A stretch of 64,000 nucleotides of DNA from positions 1-64,000 of IMG/VR virus record IMGVR_UViG_3300017528_000567. One strand, written 5' to 3'. Positions within the stretch are counted from its first letter, which is position 1. Each line of letters opens with the position of its first letter. Both the position numbers and the translations under genes were made by a program. The notes below the pieces were generated by a model that had not been told where the DNA came from, ran no database searches, and saw nothing but the letters and a program-made list of their open reading frames with translations. Below, in pieces: positions 25,714-34,542 of the stretch.

Positions 25714-26970
25714 TCATACCGTCGCGATGGGACTGCGCACTACGATACCACTGCCGGGCGTTTGAACCGCTTCCGCTGTGATGTGGATCTCCATGATATC
25801 CGAGTCATTGGGGGCTTCGTATGAATAGGGCTTAAGTACCCGTTTGAGGATGGTCCGCAGCGCCCGTGCACCCGTGGATTGCAACTTTGCAAGACGGGCG
25901 AGCTCGCGTAGCGCATCAGGCTCGAATCTGAGATCAATGCCATCCAAGAGGTACAGCGCTCGGAACTGCTTACAGAACGAGCTCCGCGGGGTCGTGAGGA
26001 TCTCGATCAGCTCTTCCTCCGTGAGCTCTAGCGTAGATGTCAACACCGGAAGCCGCCCAACTAGCTCTGGGATGAGTCCGAACTCTTGGACATCCTCGAC
26101 CGTCACCTCACGGTAGAGCTCGGTCTTGCTGTATTCGGCCCGCAGCTCGTTGCAGAACCCAAGACGGGCGCCCTTGTTGAGTCGCTGCGCAATCACATCC
26201 TCGATCCCTGCAAAAGAGCCGGCGCAGATGAAGAGGATGTTCGTGGTGTCGATCATATCCCTCTCGCGGGCGCCGGAATTGGGAGCGCGCCCTCGCGGAA
26301 TCGGGACCACCGAGCCCTCGATCAGCTTCAAGAGGGACTGCTGCACCCCTTCGCCGGAGACATCACGATAGCCAGAAGCGTTGCGCCCCGATTTGCGAGC
26401 CAGCTTGTCAATTTCGTCGATGAAGATGATCCCCCACTGAGCGCGCTCAACGTCATTGCCCGCAGCCGCCATCAACCCCTGGAGCAAGGACTCGACATCA
26501 TCCCCGACGTAGCCCGCCTGGGTTAGCCGGGTCGCATCGCCGACGTAGAACGGGACGTCAATCATCTTGGCGACCGCGCGTGCGATCGCTGTCTTTCCCG
26601 AGCCCGATGGACCCAGCATCAGAATGTTGCTTTTCTCTACCTCTACGGGCTCACCGTCAATCATGAGAGAGCCGCCCGCCCGTAGGATCTCTCGCCGCCG
26701 ATAGTGCTCATAGACGGCAATCGCCACTTCCTGCTTGGCAGCGTCCTGGCTGATCACGGTCTCTGAGATGCAGGCCGCTATCTCGCGGGGCTTCTTGAGA
26801 GGCTTGTCGTCAACTTTGTCGGCCGCGATGGACTTCGATAAGACATCGCCGATATTGGCGACGCACCGATCGCAAATGCAGGCGCTGTCAGCGTCCGCAG
26901 AGATGAGCTTCTTAACCTCGTTGCGCGGGCGATTGCAGAAATTGCAGCGTTTCTCTGAACGAGCCGGCAT
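25714..26970 (-). CDS. clpX: ATP-dependent Clp protease ATP-binding subunit ClpX homologue
   Basis: N-terminal C4 Zn finger (CNFC...CDRC), KSNILMLGPSGSGKT, GYVGDDVE, IFIDEIDK, RDVSGEGVQQ, LGF loop, GARALR. Confidence 0.95.
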   Translation of the reverse strand: MPARSEKRCNFCNRPRNEVKKLISADADSACICDRCVANIGDVLSKSIAADKVDDKPLKKPREIAACISETVISQDAAKQEVAIAVYEHYRRREILRAGGSLMIDGEPVEVEKSNILMLGPSGSGKTAIARAVAKMIDVPFYVGDATRLTQAGYVGDDVESLLQGLMAAAGNDVERAQWGIIFIDEIDKLARKSGRNASGYRDVSGEGVQQSLLKLIEGSVVPIPRGRAPNSGARERDMIDTTNILFICAGSFAGIEDVIAQRLNKGARLGFCNELRAEYSKTELYREVTVEDVQEFGLIPELVGRLPVLTSTLELTEEELIEILTTPRSSFCKQFRALYLLDGIDLRFEPDALRELARLAKLQSTGARALRTILKRVLKPYSYEAPNDSDIMEIHITAEAVQTPGSGIVVRSPIATV

Positions 26971-26978
26971 AGCCCTAG

Positions 26979-26985
26979 CTACACC
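26979..26985 (-). promoter_or_regulatory. class-II motif GGTGTAG
   Basis: 8 nt before the clpX ATG 26970. Confidence 0.7.
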
Positions 26986-26989
26986 GAGC

Positions 26990-28150
26990 TCACTTGCTTT
27001 CCGCAGCGATGATCGCGGCGAGCTCGGGCGGCATGTCCATGCCCAAGACAAAGTGTGCGAAGCCTTCCGCGTAATTCTCCCTCGGATGCGTCGCTCCATA
27101 TGGAGTGACCGCCAAAGGTCCGTGCAGGACCTGACCGGTCGAAAGACTGACGTCTTCCTTACCCTTGATGGCCGCGTGCAGCTCCTTCTCATCAAGCTTA
27201 CCCTGTAAATATGACGTCGTGAGAGCGCGCACGTCCCCCTTATGATGAGGGTGCGGACTCTTGAGCCACATCACAAGATTGGCAGACATCGGAGGCATAG
27301 GCTGGCCCAAAGCCTTCTTCTTGACCATCTCTACACACTCATCGGCCAGCTGTTCACGTAGCTTGGCGTCAAAGGGCACGGTCTCGTAGACCTTCTGTGT
27401 AGAGAGCCTAAAATACTCTCGCTTGCCCTCTACGCTCGCGAACTTGGCGTCGTGCCGATGCCCCAATTCATGGACGATCGTATAGACGTCGTCGAACCGC
27501 TTCTTGGCAAGGACGTTTAGCGCCAGGGTGTCGGTACCCGCCTCGTACCAAGCGGCCGTGCCCTTCTTCAGGTGCTTGCTGAGGAAAACCTTGCCGTAGA
27601 GAACCTTGGGGAACTTTTGCCGGACCTTGTCCGCGGCGGCGTCAAAAGCCGCCAGCGCCTCCTCGACTTGCTTTTTCGTGAGTCCCGGAATGGGGATAAC
27701 CGTGAATGGGCCATGCGGGATCTCGCTCTCCGCATCACCAAGCGCCGACGCGATCTCAAGCGTGCGGACGTCCTTCGCCCACTTGGCCATGTTAAAGGCC
27801 ATGTACTTCATCCACTCCAGCCGCTTCTCATCGTCCCCTTTGCGCTGCGCCAGGATGGCAACGTCCTGGTCGAGCAGCCGGCTCGCATCTTTATAGAGCG
27901 AGTTGACCGCGTTCATTTTCTGAACGCTGAGGCCCGCCAACCAGGGCGCGCGATCGCCACCGGGCAGAATGAGGTCCACTACCCGCCTTGCGAAGCTCAC
28001 TGCCGGATCAGCATCACCTTGCCCTAACTTCTCCAGCGCCTCCTTGTACTCGGGGACCAGCGAGACCCCTTTCGCTTTTGCGTGGAGGTAACGAGCCAGC
28101 ACTCGACCGGCCACCGAAACATCAGAGGTCACCCTAGATTCACCTATCAT
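26990..28150 (-). CDS. zinc metallopeptidase-domain protein (HExxH)
   Basis: VHELGHRH plus C-terminal TPYG...RENYAEGF; N-terminal RVLARYL motif. Confidence 0.75.
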   Translation of the reverse strand: MIGESRVTSDVSVAGRVLARYLHAKAKGVSLVPEYKEALEKLGQGDADPAVSFARRVVDLILPGGDRAPWLAGLSVQKMNAVNSLYKDASRLLDQDVAILAQRKGDDEKRLEWMKYMAFNMAKWAKDVRTLEIASALGDAESEIPHGPFTVIPIPGLTKKQVEEALAAFDAAADKVRQKFPKVLYGKVFLSKHLKKGTAAWYEAGTDTLALNVLAKKRFDDVYTIVHELGHRHDAKFASVEGKREYFRLSTQKVYETVPFDAKLREQLADECVEMVKKKALGQPMPPMSANLVMWLKSPHPHHKGDVRALTTSYLQGKLDEKELHAAIKGKEDVSLSTGQVLHGPLAVTPYGATHPRENYAEGFAHFVLGMDMPPELAAIIAAESK

Positions 28151-28902
28151 TAGACATCCCCGTAAACGATGCAGTCCTCGCTCCAGACCAGCCCCTCACA
28201 CGTCACAGATCGGTCGGGACGGATGATGCAGATCCCGCCCTCCCCGAAGTTGTTGTTGGCTTCATGGCCGTACCGATTCGAGACCACGAGCGACGTACGG
28301 TTGTTCTTGGCGAAGTTGATCCATGCCGTTGCTGGGAAGCCGCCGTCGCCCCAGTTCGCCGAATACACAACCACGTCAGCGTCCCCCGGCTCATAGAGAT
28401 TGTCGCGGTTATCGGCCTTGTCCCGCACGTCACGGCAGATCAGCAGCCCAACTTTATAGGCCTTGCCGTCGACCACGATTCGGCGCACGGGGGGATTGCT
28501 TCGCCCCTCGCTCGCCCATAGCCAGTCATTGCCAAATAGGTTGCACTTCTGATACGACTCAAAACCGCCGTCGGGGCACATGAGAACTTGGCTGTTGAAT
28601 AGGTTGCCAGTGCCCGCCGACTTTTCGACCAAGCCCCATGCGATGTAGACATTGTGCTTGCGCGCCAGAGCTCGGAACACGCTGAAACTGCTGTGCGGAG
28701 CCTCCGACGGGTACTGCAGGATCTCGGCGTTGAGCTCCGCGTCAGCCCGGCTCATAAACGAGTAGCCAGTGGTCGCCAGTTCTGGCAGCACGACAAGCTT
28801 CGCGCCGTTTGTGGCGGCACGGACCACCAGCTCTCTCAAACGTTTGATGTTGCCGGCCCGGTCCATGAACACAGGGCAGGTCTGCACAGTCGCGACACGC
28901 AT
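28150..28902 (-). CDS. carbon-nitrogen hydrolase (nitrilase superfamily)
   Basis: Catalytic E-K-C: VVLPELATTGY, YQKCNLF, LLICRD. Confidence 0.9.
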   Translation of the reverse strand: MRVATVQTCPVFMDRAGNIKRLRELVVRAATNGAKLVVLPELATTGYSFMSRADAELNAEILQYPSEAPHSSFSVFRALARKHNVYIAWGLVEKSAGTGNLFNSQVLMCPDGGFESYQKCNLFGNDWLWASEGRSNPPVRRIVVDGKAYKVGLLICRDVRDKADNRDNLYEPGDADVVVYSANWGDGGFPATAWINFAKNNRTSLVVSNRYGHEANNNFGEGGICIIRPDRSVTCEGLVWSEDCIVYGDV

Positions 28903-28925
28903 ATCTCAGCGCGAGCAAAGGAGGA

Positions 28926-29603
28926 TTAGCTGGCGCTAGCGAACTGCTGTGCCCAGCGCTTGATCTTGGGGCCAGCGAAGGTCTGCCCGAACCCGACCTT
29001 CTGGACCGAGCACATGATCGTGGTTGGGAACTTCACCCCTTGCCGCCCGTCCGCGAACGTGATCCGGTAGTTGCCATCCAAGAAGGAGATAAACCCACGG
29101 TTTAGGTTCGTGAGTACCGCGCCGGGATTGGCCAGATCAGAACGAAACCGAACGAAGGTCACCGTTCCGACAGACACGAGGTCCATCACCTGCAGCTTAC
29201 GGAACAGAGCCCCGCGCGTCTCTGCCGCTTGCATAACGGCATTGGCGACCTCTTTGATGTGCTCGCACCGCAGGAGCTGCACGGCGAAATAGGTGCCCAG
29301 AACGCTCGGCTCAGCGTCAACCTTCGGTGTTGGGTCTACCGCTGCTGGCTTTGCCTCGACGGGCGCCACTGGTGCTACTGGCATCGGCACAGGAGCTCGA
29401 ACCGTCTTCACCGCTGGCTTGATCTTTTCTTTGGCTTTCATGCGTGCCTTTGCTCTCTTTAGCTTTACCTGCTTCGCTGTCTCTTCTTGCCGGAGTCGCC
29501 AAACGGTCGTACGGCTAGTCCCGAACTTGTCCGCGAGCTTAGAGTCAGATGGCTCCGAGGCCAGCTTGTCGACGATCTTCTGCCGTTGCTTGTCTGTTAA
29601 CAC
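28926..29603 (-). CDS. HTH-containing hypothetical protein
   Basis: N-terminal LTDKQR...KLADKFGTSRTTVWRLR helix-turn-helix. Confidence 0.75.
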   Translation of the reverse strand: MLTDKQRQKIVDKLASEPSDSKLADKFGTSRTTVWRLRQEETAKQVKLKRAKARMKAKEKIKPAVKTVRAPVPMPVAPVAPVEAKPAAVDPTPKVDAEPSVLGTYFAVQLLRCEHIKEVANAVMQAAETRGALFRKLQVMDLVSVGTVTFVRFRSDLANPGAVLTNLNRGFISFLDGNYRITFADGRQGVKFPTTIMCSVQKVGFGQTFAGPKIKRWAQQFASAS

Positions 29604-29642
29604 AATCGATCCAATCCTAGTTGAGCGTGGTGACTGTGATCT

Positions 29643-30200
29643 CTACAAAGCTTTAACGCGCCCTAGGACCTGATCCCAGGTTCGCACACGGAAGCCCTCA
29701 CACTCTGTAAGGTGTTCTGTATTCGGCAAAGCCCACAAGAGACCAACGCCTTGAGGGTGATGCTGTTGCCACTTGATCACATTGATTGGCGAATCGTCGA
29801 CCAGCATGTCCCCAACAATCATGTGCTTGGCCCTAGTGTGAATAATCGAGTTGTGGTCGAACCCTAGCCTAGAGCTCAACCACTCCGTGCGTTCGTGGAC
29901 CCAGTGGCGGCTGTAACGAGGCGGACTCGTGACCGCTACGACCTCTGCGTGCCTACGGATGGCCTCGACGGCCTCCACTACGCCGGGGTACAGCTCGAGC
30001 GAAGCACAGCGGCCTTCTACAAAGAAATCCTCTTCAAATGCCCGGAACTGTTCTGCCGACAGCGTCAGGAACATGTCCCAATGCCTCAGCCTAGATAGTT
30101 CCAGGTCCACTCCGAACTGCTCCCGCACATACTGAATTGCGGGGGTGGCGAAATCACAGAGTACCTGGTCTACATCAACCAATACGCGTTTGGCTTTCAC
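29643..30200 (-). CDS. 5'(3')-deoxyribonucleotidase (NT5C, HAD superfamily)
   Basis: VLVDVDQVL (DxD), VTSP, EWL, LVDDSP. Confidence 0.85.
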   Translation of the reverse strand: MKAKRVLVDVDQVLCDFATPAIQYVREQFGVDLELSRLRHWDMFLTLSAEQFRAFEEDFFVEGRCASLELYPGVVEAVEAIRRHAEVVAVTSPPRYSRHWVHERTEWLSSRLGFDHNSIIHTRAKHMIVGDMLVDDSPINVIKWQQHHPQGVGLLWALPNTEHLTECEGFRVRTWDQVLGRVKAL

Positions 30201-30209
30201 GCGCCGGCT

Positions 30210-30216
30210 CTACACC
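30210..30216 (-). promoter_or_regulatory. class-II motif GGTGTAG
   Basis: 9 nt before GTG 30200. Confidence 0.7.
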
Positions 30217-30217
30217 G

Positions 30218-30511
30218 CTAGGTAGCCCCGTAGGATCGATCCTCAGCTGGCAAGGCAACCAGCCCCTCGGGGGTCACGAAGTACCCATGACGACAATCGT
30301 GCTCTGCCAGCTCTTGCGGCGTAGCTGGGCGCAGTATCTTGGCTAGCACGAGGTCTTCCATCAACTTCTCGACCCAATGAATCGGATAGCCCCCACACAG
30401 CCACAAAGAGATGGGTCCAACGCAATGCATCTTGGCAGGTTCCTGCCGTAGGTACTGGAGTAAGGACCGTAGAGCCCGCTCCTCGGAGGTTGCATCTCTC
30501 GAATCTGCCAA
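30218..30511 (-). CDS. small hypothetical protein
   Basis: 97-aa ORF within the minus-strand gene run. Confidence 0.6.
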   Translation of the reverse strand: MADSRDATSEERALRSLLQYLRQEPAKMHCVGPISLWLCGGYPIHWVEKLMEDLVLAKILRPATPQELAEHDCRHGYFVTPEGLVALPAEDRSYGAT

Positions 30512-30545
30512 CGAGTGCCTCTATTGCGCCCAACCACAAGGGAAT

Positions 30546-31670
30546 TCACGGAAGAACCTCAATAGAAACGCCAGATTCCACCACGTCTGTAAAAATGACA
30601 GCACTGACGGCTTCCGGGTCAAGATGCATACACACGTCAATCGATGCATCTAGGTTCCAGCGCGCCTGGGATTCGTAGGCGTCTAGTCGGTAGTCGGATC
30701 TGAAAGTAAGGTAAACATCGCTGTTGAGAAGCACCGACGGGGCCTCCACGGTAAACAAGGACTTCGCATGTAAGCCCATCGCAACCGCATTGGGCTCGGC
30801 GATCAGTAGCCCCTCCGGCCCCAACTCACGGGTCCTCACGTGGACTTTCGCGCACTTGAGATGCGCCAAAGTCGCGATAGCCTTCGCTAGGCTTCTGGTC
30901 CACCCAGCGCGAATCCGGCCCCGGGCCGACCCGTACGAGTCATGCCGGAGATTGTTGGCGAGCCCATCCGCGACTAGCATTGAGACCTGGCTGAACAGGG
31001 TCCACTCGAGCGTCAGGCTGTGCGAGCTCGGAACCGGCTCATTCAGCCTGCACAGCCGCAATAGGCGACCGCTCGCGCCGCGATGATCACTGAGCAGCGT
31101 GGGGAGCTCGCCGCGTAGCTGCTCCGCGAGACTTGTGCGACCGCTCCGAGTTGCGATCCGAAATCTGGCGTCACCCTCTGCTTTTTGAAGCTCACTGCTG
31201 CGCGCCCGTTGCTGTAGCTTGGCGGTCAGGCTCCGATCTTCGGCTCGCCGAAAGTGGTGCTGCACAATGGCGGCTTCTACCTCTGGCTTCAGCCGCATGA
31301 GCGGGGTCGCCAGCTGGTCCGTTCCTTCACGAGCAACCGGGTCTGGTTGATAGAGAGCGTCCGGAGGGACTTGGGCAACAGCAAGCCCTGTGTCCGCGGA
31401 CACCAATAGGGTCTGCTGTTTGTCGCGGGCCTCGAACTCTTCCGCCAAGAATAACGCGGTCGCAGCCCCGATCGATGTGCCCAAGGCCCGCCGCAGCCCC
31501 TCATCTAGGGCGCTCGCCAAGCGATCAACCTCCCATCCTTGAGTAGCAGCATCATCGAACAGCTGCTGGAGCTCCGGACTTGCGTGAATCGCACGGCGAG
31601 CCAAAAGGAGGTCAGCCCTTGGCGGGGCCGTCAAGGCCTCAAGACTTTCAAGCTTCACTAGATTAGACAC
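30546..31670 (-). CDS. hypothetical protein
   Basis: Long ORF; start placed at GTG after GAGG; function unknown. Confidence 0.7.
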   Translation of the reverse strand: MSNLVKLESLEALTAPPRADLLLARRAIHASPELQQLFDDAATQGWEVDRLASALDEGLRRALGTSIGAATALFLAEEFEARDKQQTLLVSADTGLAVAQVPPDALYQPDPVAREGTDQLATPLMRLKPEVEAAIVQHHFRRAEDRSLTAKLQQRARSSELQKAEGDARFRIATRSGRTSLAEQLRGELPTLLSDHRGASGRLLRLCRLNEPVPSSHSLTLEWTLFSQVSMLVADGLANNLRHDSYGSARGRIRAGWTRSLAKAIATLAHLKCAKVHVRTRELGPEGLLIAEPNAVAMGLHAKSLFTVEAPSVLLNSDVYLTFRSDYRLDAYESQARWNLDASIDVCMHLDPEAVSAVIFTDVVESGVSIEVLP

Positions 31671-31677
31671 ATGCACC

Positions 31678-33228
31678 TCACGTGACTGAGAATTTGCGAT
31701 CATTGCCACTGGGGTCTGCTGCGAAGCGAGCTCTAATGCCGTCATCTATCTCGGGGTCGAAGCCGATCCAGTCGAGCGTCTCGTTGATCTCCGTAACCAT
31801 GGTCTTCACAATGCGCGGCTTACGGCCGAGCTCCCTAAGCAAGATGCCTTCATCCAAGCCGCGCTTCCTAGCGTCAAAGCTCGCCGTCAAAGCTGACTTG
31901 ATGGCTTGCTCGATCTCTCGACCGACCATCAGCTTGGCTTTGTCCGCCAGTGCCGCGAGGTCGAACCCCCTCGTATCTTGGCCCCGCTTAGCGAGATGAA
32001 TCTTGAGAATATCGACGCGGTCCTCGCACGATGGGAGGTCAAAAAACCACCTGTCATCGGTGCGGTTCACAAATTCAACCGGCAAGGTCTTGAGCGAGTT
32101 GGCAGTCATCGCCAAGCACACGGGAGCCTTGGTCTCCTGCAACCATGTCGACAGGATACCAATCGATCGACTCGTAGTGCCAGCGTCGGTCTGCGAAGAA
32201 GAGTGACTGCCGGCGAAACTCTTCTCGGCTTCATCCACCCAGACGATGCAAGGGGCCATAGACTCAATGATGCGAAGCGCACGATACATGTTGGCTTCCG
32301 AGCCCCCGACTTCGGCGGTCCGTAGCTTCCCCATCTCGAGCTGAATCACAGGCAGCCCCCACGCGTTGCCCAACGCCTTTATGCTCAGAGACTTGCCAGT
32401 GCCCCAGACACCAACGGCCAGAACACCCTTGGGCGGCTCAAGTCCAAAGGCTTGCCCTTCTGGGGTCCAGGTCGCTTTCGCCATCTGCACCCACTTCTTG
32501 AAGCGGGAGACTCCCCCTACTTGCTCGAACGAGTACTTGGAGGTGTCGACGTAGTGAACCAGGTCAGTCTTGCGCAGCTGCCGAAACTTGTACCGTGCGA
32601 GCTCGTCCCGGTCCCTGAGCGAGTCACGCTTGTATCCTTGGATGAGCGCTGACTGCACCTCGAAGGATGTCAGGCCTCGAAATATCCCCTCGGGATTCTC
32701 TGGCAACGGCACCTCGAGCTCGCCGCACGTATCGGAGACGACCTTGAGGATCTCATCTGCCGTGAGCCCCGTGTCATGCACCACTTCTGTGTACCGCTGT
32801 AGCTTCTCCGGGATGTAGCGGCGGCTACCAACACAAATGATGATCTTCGCCGTGCCGCTGTCGTTGTGCACTTGGTGCAAGATGTTCAGAAGCCGACGCT
32901 GCACGTGCTGATCCTGTAGCCAGCGCTCTGGGTCGGTGATCACGTAGTACTTGCGCTGTGGGCTCGCCTCGTCCTTGTAGATTGCAGTCAGCGCGTCCTG
33001 GATGTTGATGGTGTCCTTGTCGATCTTGTGTTCCTTGCGCTTCCAATCGTCGATCAGATCGAGCAGCGGGATGAGACCGAAAGCAGCGTTGTAGACGCGG
33101 ACATTAGCGACCTTGTTGTCTCGACGCAGCCCTTCCTTGAGTTGATTGAGAAACCTGTCCTCTTCATCGGTGACGACGTAAATCAACCGTGTGATGCAGT
33201 GGAGATAGAAGCTGAACTCCGGGAGCAT
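31678..33228 (-). CDS. Ycf46-type AAA+ ATPase
   Basis: Degenerate N-terminal AAA domain, then GVWGTGKS (Walker A), IVWVDEAEK (Walker B), VGGSEAN, TAN; ATG 9 nt after GGTGTAA. Confidence 0.9.
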   Translation of the reverse strand: MLPEFSFYLHCITRLIYVVTDEEDRFLNQLKEGLRRDNKVANVRVYNAAFGLIPLLDLIDDWKRKEHKIDKDTINIQDALTAIYKDEASPQRKYYVITDPERWLQDQHVQRRLLNILHQVHNDSGTAKIIICVGSRRYIPEKLQRYTEVVHDTGLTADEILKVVSDTCGELEVPLPENPEGIFRGLTSFEVQSALIQGYKRDSLRDRDELARYKFRQLRKTDLVHYVDTSKYSFEQVGGVSRFKKWVQMAKATWTPEGQAFGLEPPKGVLAVGVWGTGKSLSIKALGNAWGLPVIQLEMGKLRTAEVGGSEANMYRALRIIESMAPCIVWVDEAEKSFAGSHSSSQTDAGTTSRSIGILSTWLQETKAPVCLAMTANSLKTLPVEFVNRTDDRWFFDLPSCEDRVDILKIHLAKRGQDTRGFDLAALADKAKLMVGREIEQAIKSALTASFDARKRGLDEGILLRELGRKPRIVKTMVTEINETLDWIGFDPEIDDGIRARFAADPSGNDRKFSVT

Positions 33229-33237
33229 GCCGGCCAA

Positions 33238-33244
33238 TTACACC
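33238..33244 (-). promoter_or_regulatory. class-II motif GGTGTAA
   Basis: 9 nt before ATG 33228, just after a terminator. Confidence 0.7.
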
Positions 33245-33250
33245 AGAAAC

Positions 33251-33290
33251 ACCAAAGGCCCTGCTGGGGGTCGCCAGCAGAGCCTTTGGT
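33251..33290 (-). terminator. intrinsic terminator-like hairpin
   Basis: ACCAAAGGC-C-CTGCTGG / CCAGCAG-A-GCCTTTGGT, followed by GTTTCT on the minus strand. Confidence 0.6.
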
Positions 33291-33308
33291 AAATCAGCCA
33301 GCCAGAGC

Positions 33309-33635
33309 TCAGGCCATGTGCCACATGAGCACGATGTTGCCGTCTAGATCGCTCTGTCTTTCGTCGACCGTAGTGCCGTTTTTCGCGTACTCTTGGCGCA
33401 GTTGCGCCTCAGCGTAGTATTGGCGGAGCATGCCAAACTTAGCGGCTGAGTGCCCATGATCAGAGTCCCCAGAGATGATCCCAGTCTCTAGGTCGAGCCT
33501 CGCATGATGAAGCTCGCCCGACGTGATCAACAGCGTCTTACCATGCTCTTGGAAATCTAGGCCAGCCAGGTGCAGACAGTCCTTCGCAAGGTCCGCGTCC
33601 GTGATGTTGAGTTTGTTCGTGATCTTTCTCGACAT
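33309..33635 (-). CDS. DUF1257 (Ycf35-like) protein
   Basis: MS...ITDADLAKDCLHLAG...QYYAEA...G....E...DGNIVL pattern; adjacent to the Ycf46 ATPase. Confidence 0.7.
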   Translation of the reverse strand: MSRKITNKLNITDADLAKDCLHLAGLDFQEHGKTLLITSGELHHARLDLETGIISGDSDHGHSAAKFGMLRQYYAEAQLRQEYAKNGTTVDERQSDLDGNIVLMWHMA

Positions 33636-33673
33636 GAAAATACCTCTTCTTCTTGGTTCCGGTGTTCTTGGGC

Positions 33674-33850
33674 TCAAGCGTCGGAGGTAGTCTCGATGGT
33701 CGTGTCGCAGTCCGGGCCTGTGACTTCCTCTCCGGTCGTCTGACCGAGACGCTCTGTCAACTTGTAGACTTCCTTGCAGTCACTGCCCTCGCGGTCGAGG
33801 ACCTCTGTGACTATCGTGCCGTCTCTCATAATAGTGGTCTTACCCTTCAT
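33674..33850 (-). CDS. DUF2997-like small protein (missing from the ORF track)
   Basis: Translated by hand: MKGKTTIMRDGTIVTEVLDREGSDCKEVYKLTERLGQTTGEEVTGPDCDTTIETTSDA; AAGGA SD. Confidence 0.7.
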   Translation of the reverse strand: MKGKTTIMRDGTIVTEVLDREGSDCKEVYKLTERLGQTTGEEVTGPDCDTTIETTSDA

Positions 33851-33906
33851 GAGGCGCTTCCTTAGGTGATGGATCTGGTGCGGACGGCATCAGCTACACC
33901 AACGGC

Positions 33907-34542
33907 TCACGCGCCTATCCTCACTTTCGCTCCGGTCTTCACGATCAGAGCATCTGGCGGTGCCTCAACTGGCGGCGATGCGGGCCACTCTGACGGTGTG
34001 GGCTTCTGTCTATTCCCAATCATCTGACCGGGTTTCGCTGGCGTATTCGTAAACGCCAGGTCGGGTCTCGCGGGAGCCGTGGGAGTCTTGGGCTCCGTGG
34101 GCAATGGGGTCGCCTCAGCCACAGGCGGCGGCTCCACGGTAGGAGCTGGCTCAGGCTCGGGCTCGGGGGTTACTATCGGTTCAGGAGTGACCGGCGCCTT
34201 GGCAACAGGTGCTGGTGAGGGGACAGTGACTCTCGTGACTTCCAGGTCTCTCGGGTCAACCCAGTTCGCCGGCTGTGCCGGTCGCGCGGGGTCGATCAAC
34301 AGAAACTTCTGACCAGCGATTGACCCAAATCGCTCATCGTTGGGAAGCATTCTAGGCACTTCAGAGAACAGCCTCTCGTACCAGTTAGAAACCCTGTCCT
34401 CGAACTTTGAGTCGCCGAAACGGCTGCGGCTGCAATCAGGGTTGACGCAACGCACGCAACACTCCGCTGTGAACACATCCAGTGGAGCTCGCGGCTCTAT
34501 GTTGCACTCCGCATACAGGTCAACTCGCTTCTTGGGCGCCAT
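33907..34542 (-). CDS. hypothetical protein, Cys-rich N-terminus and Pro-rich linker
   Basis: ECN...ECCVRCVNPDC. Confidence 0.75.
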   Translation of the reverse strand: MAPKKRVDLYAECNIEPRAPLDVFTAECCVRCVNPDCSRSRFGDSKFEDRVSNWYERLFSEVPRMLPNDERFGSIAGQKFLLIDPARPAQPANWVDPRDLEVTRVTVPSPAPVAKAPVTPEPIVTPEPEPEPAPTVEPPPVAEATPLPTEPKTPTAPARPDLAFTNTPAKPGQMIGNRQKPTPSEWPASPPVEAPPDALIVKTGAKVRIGA

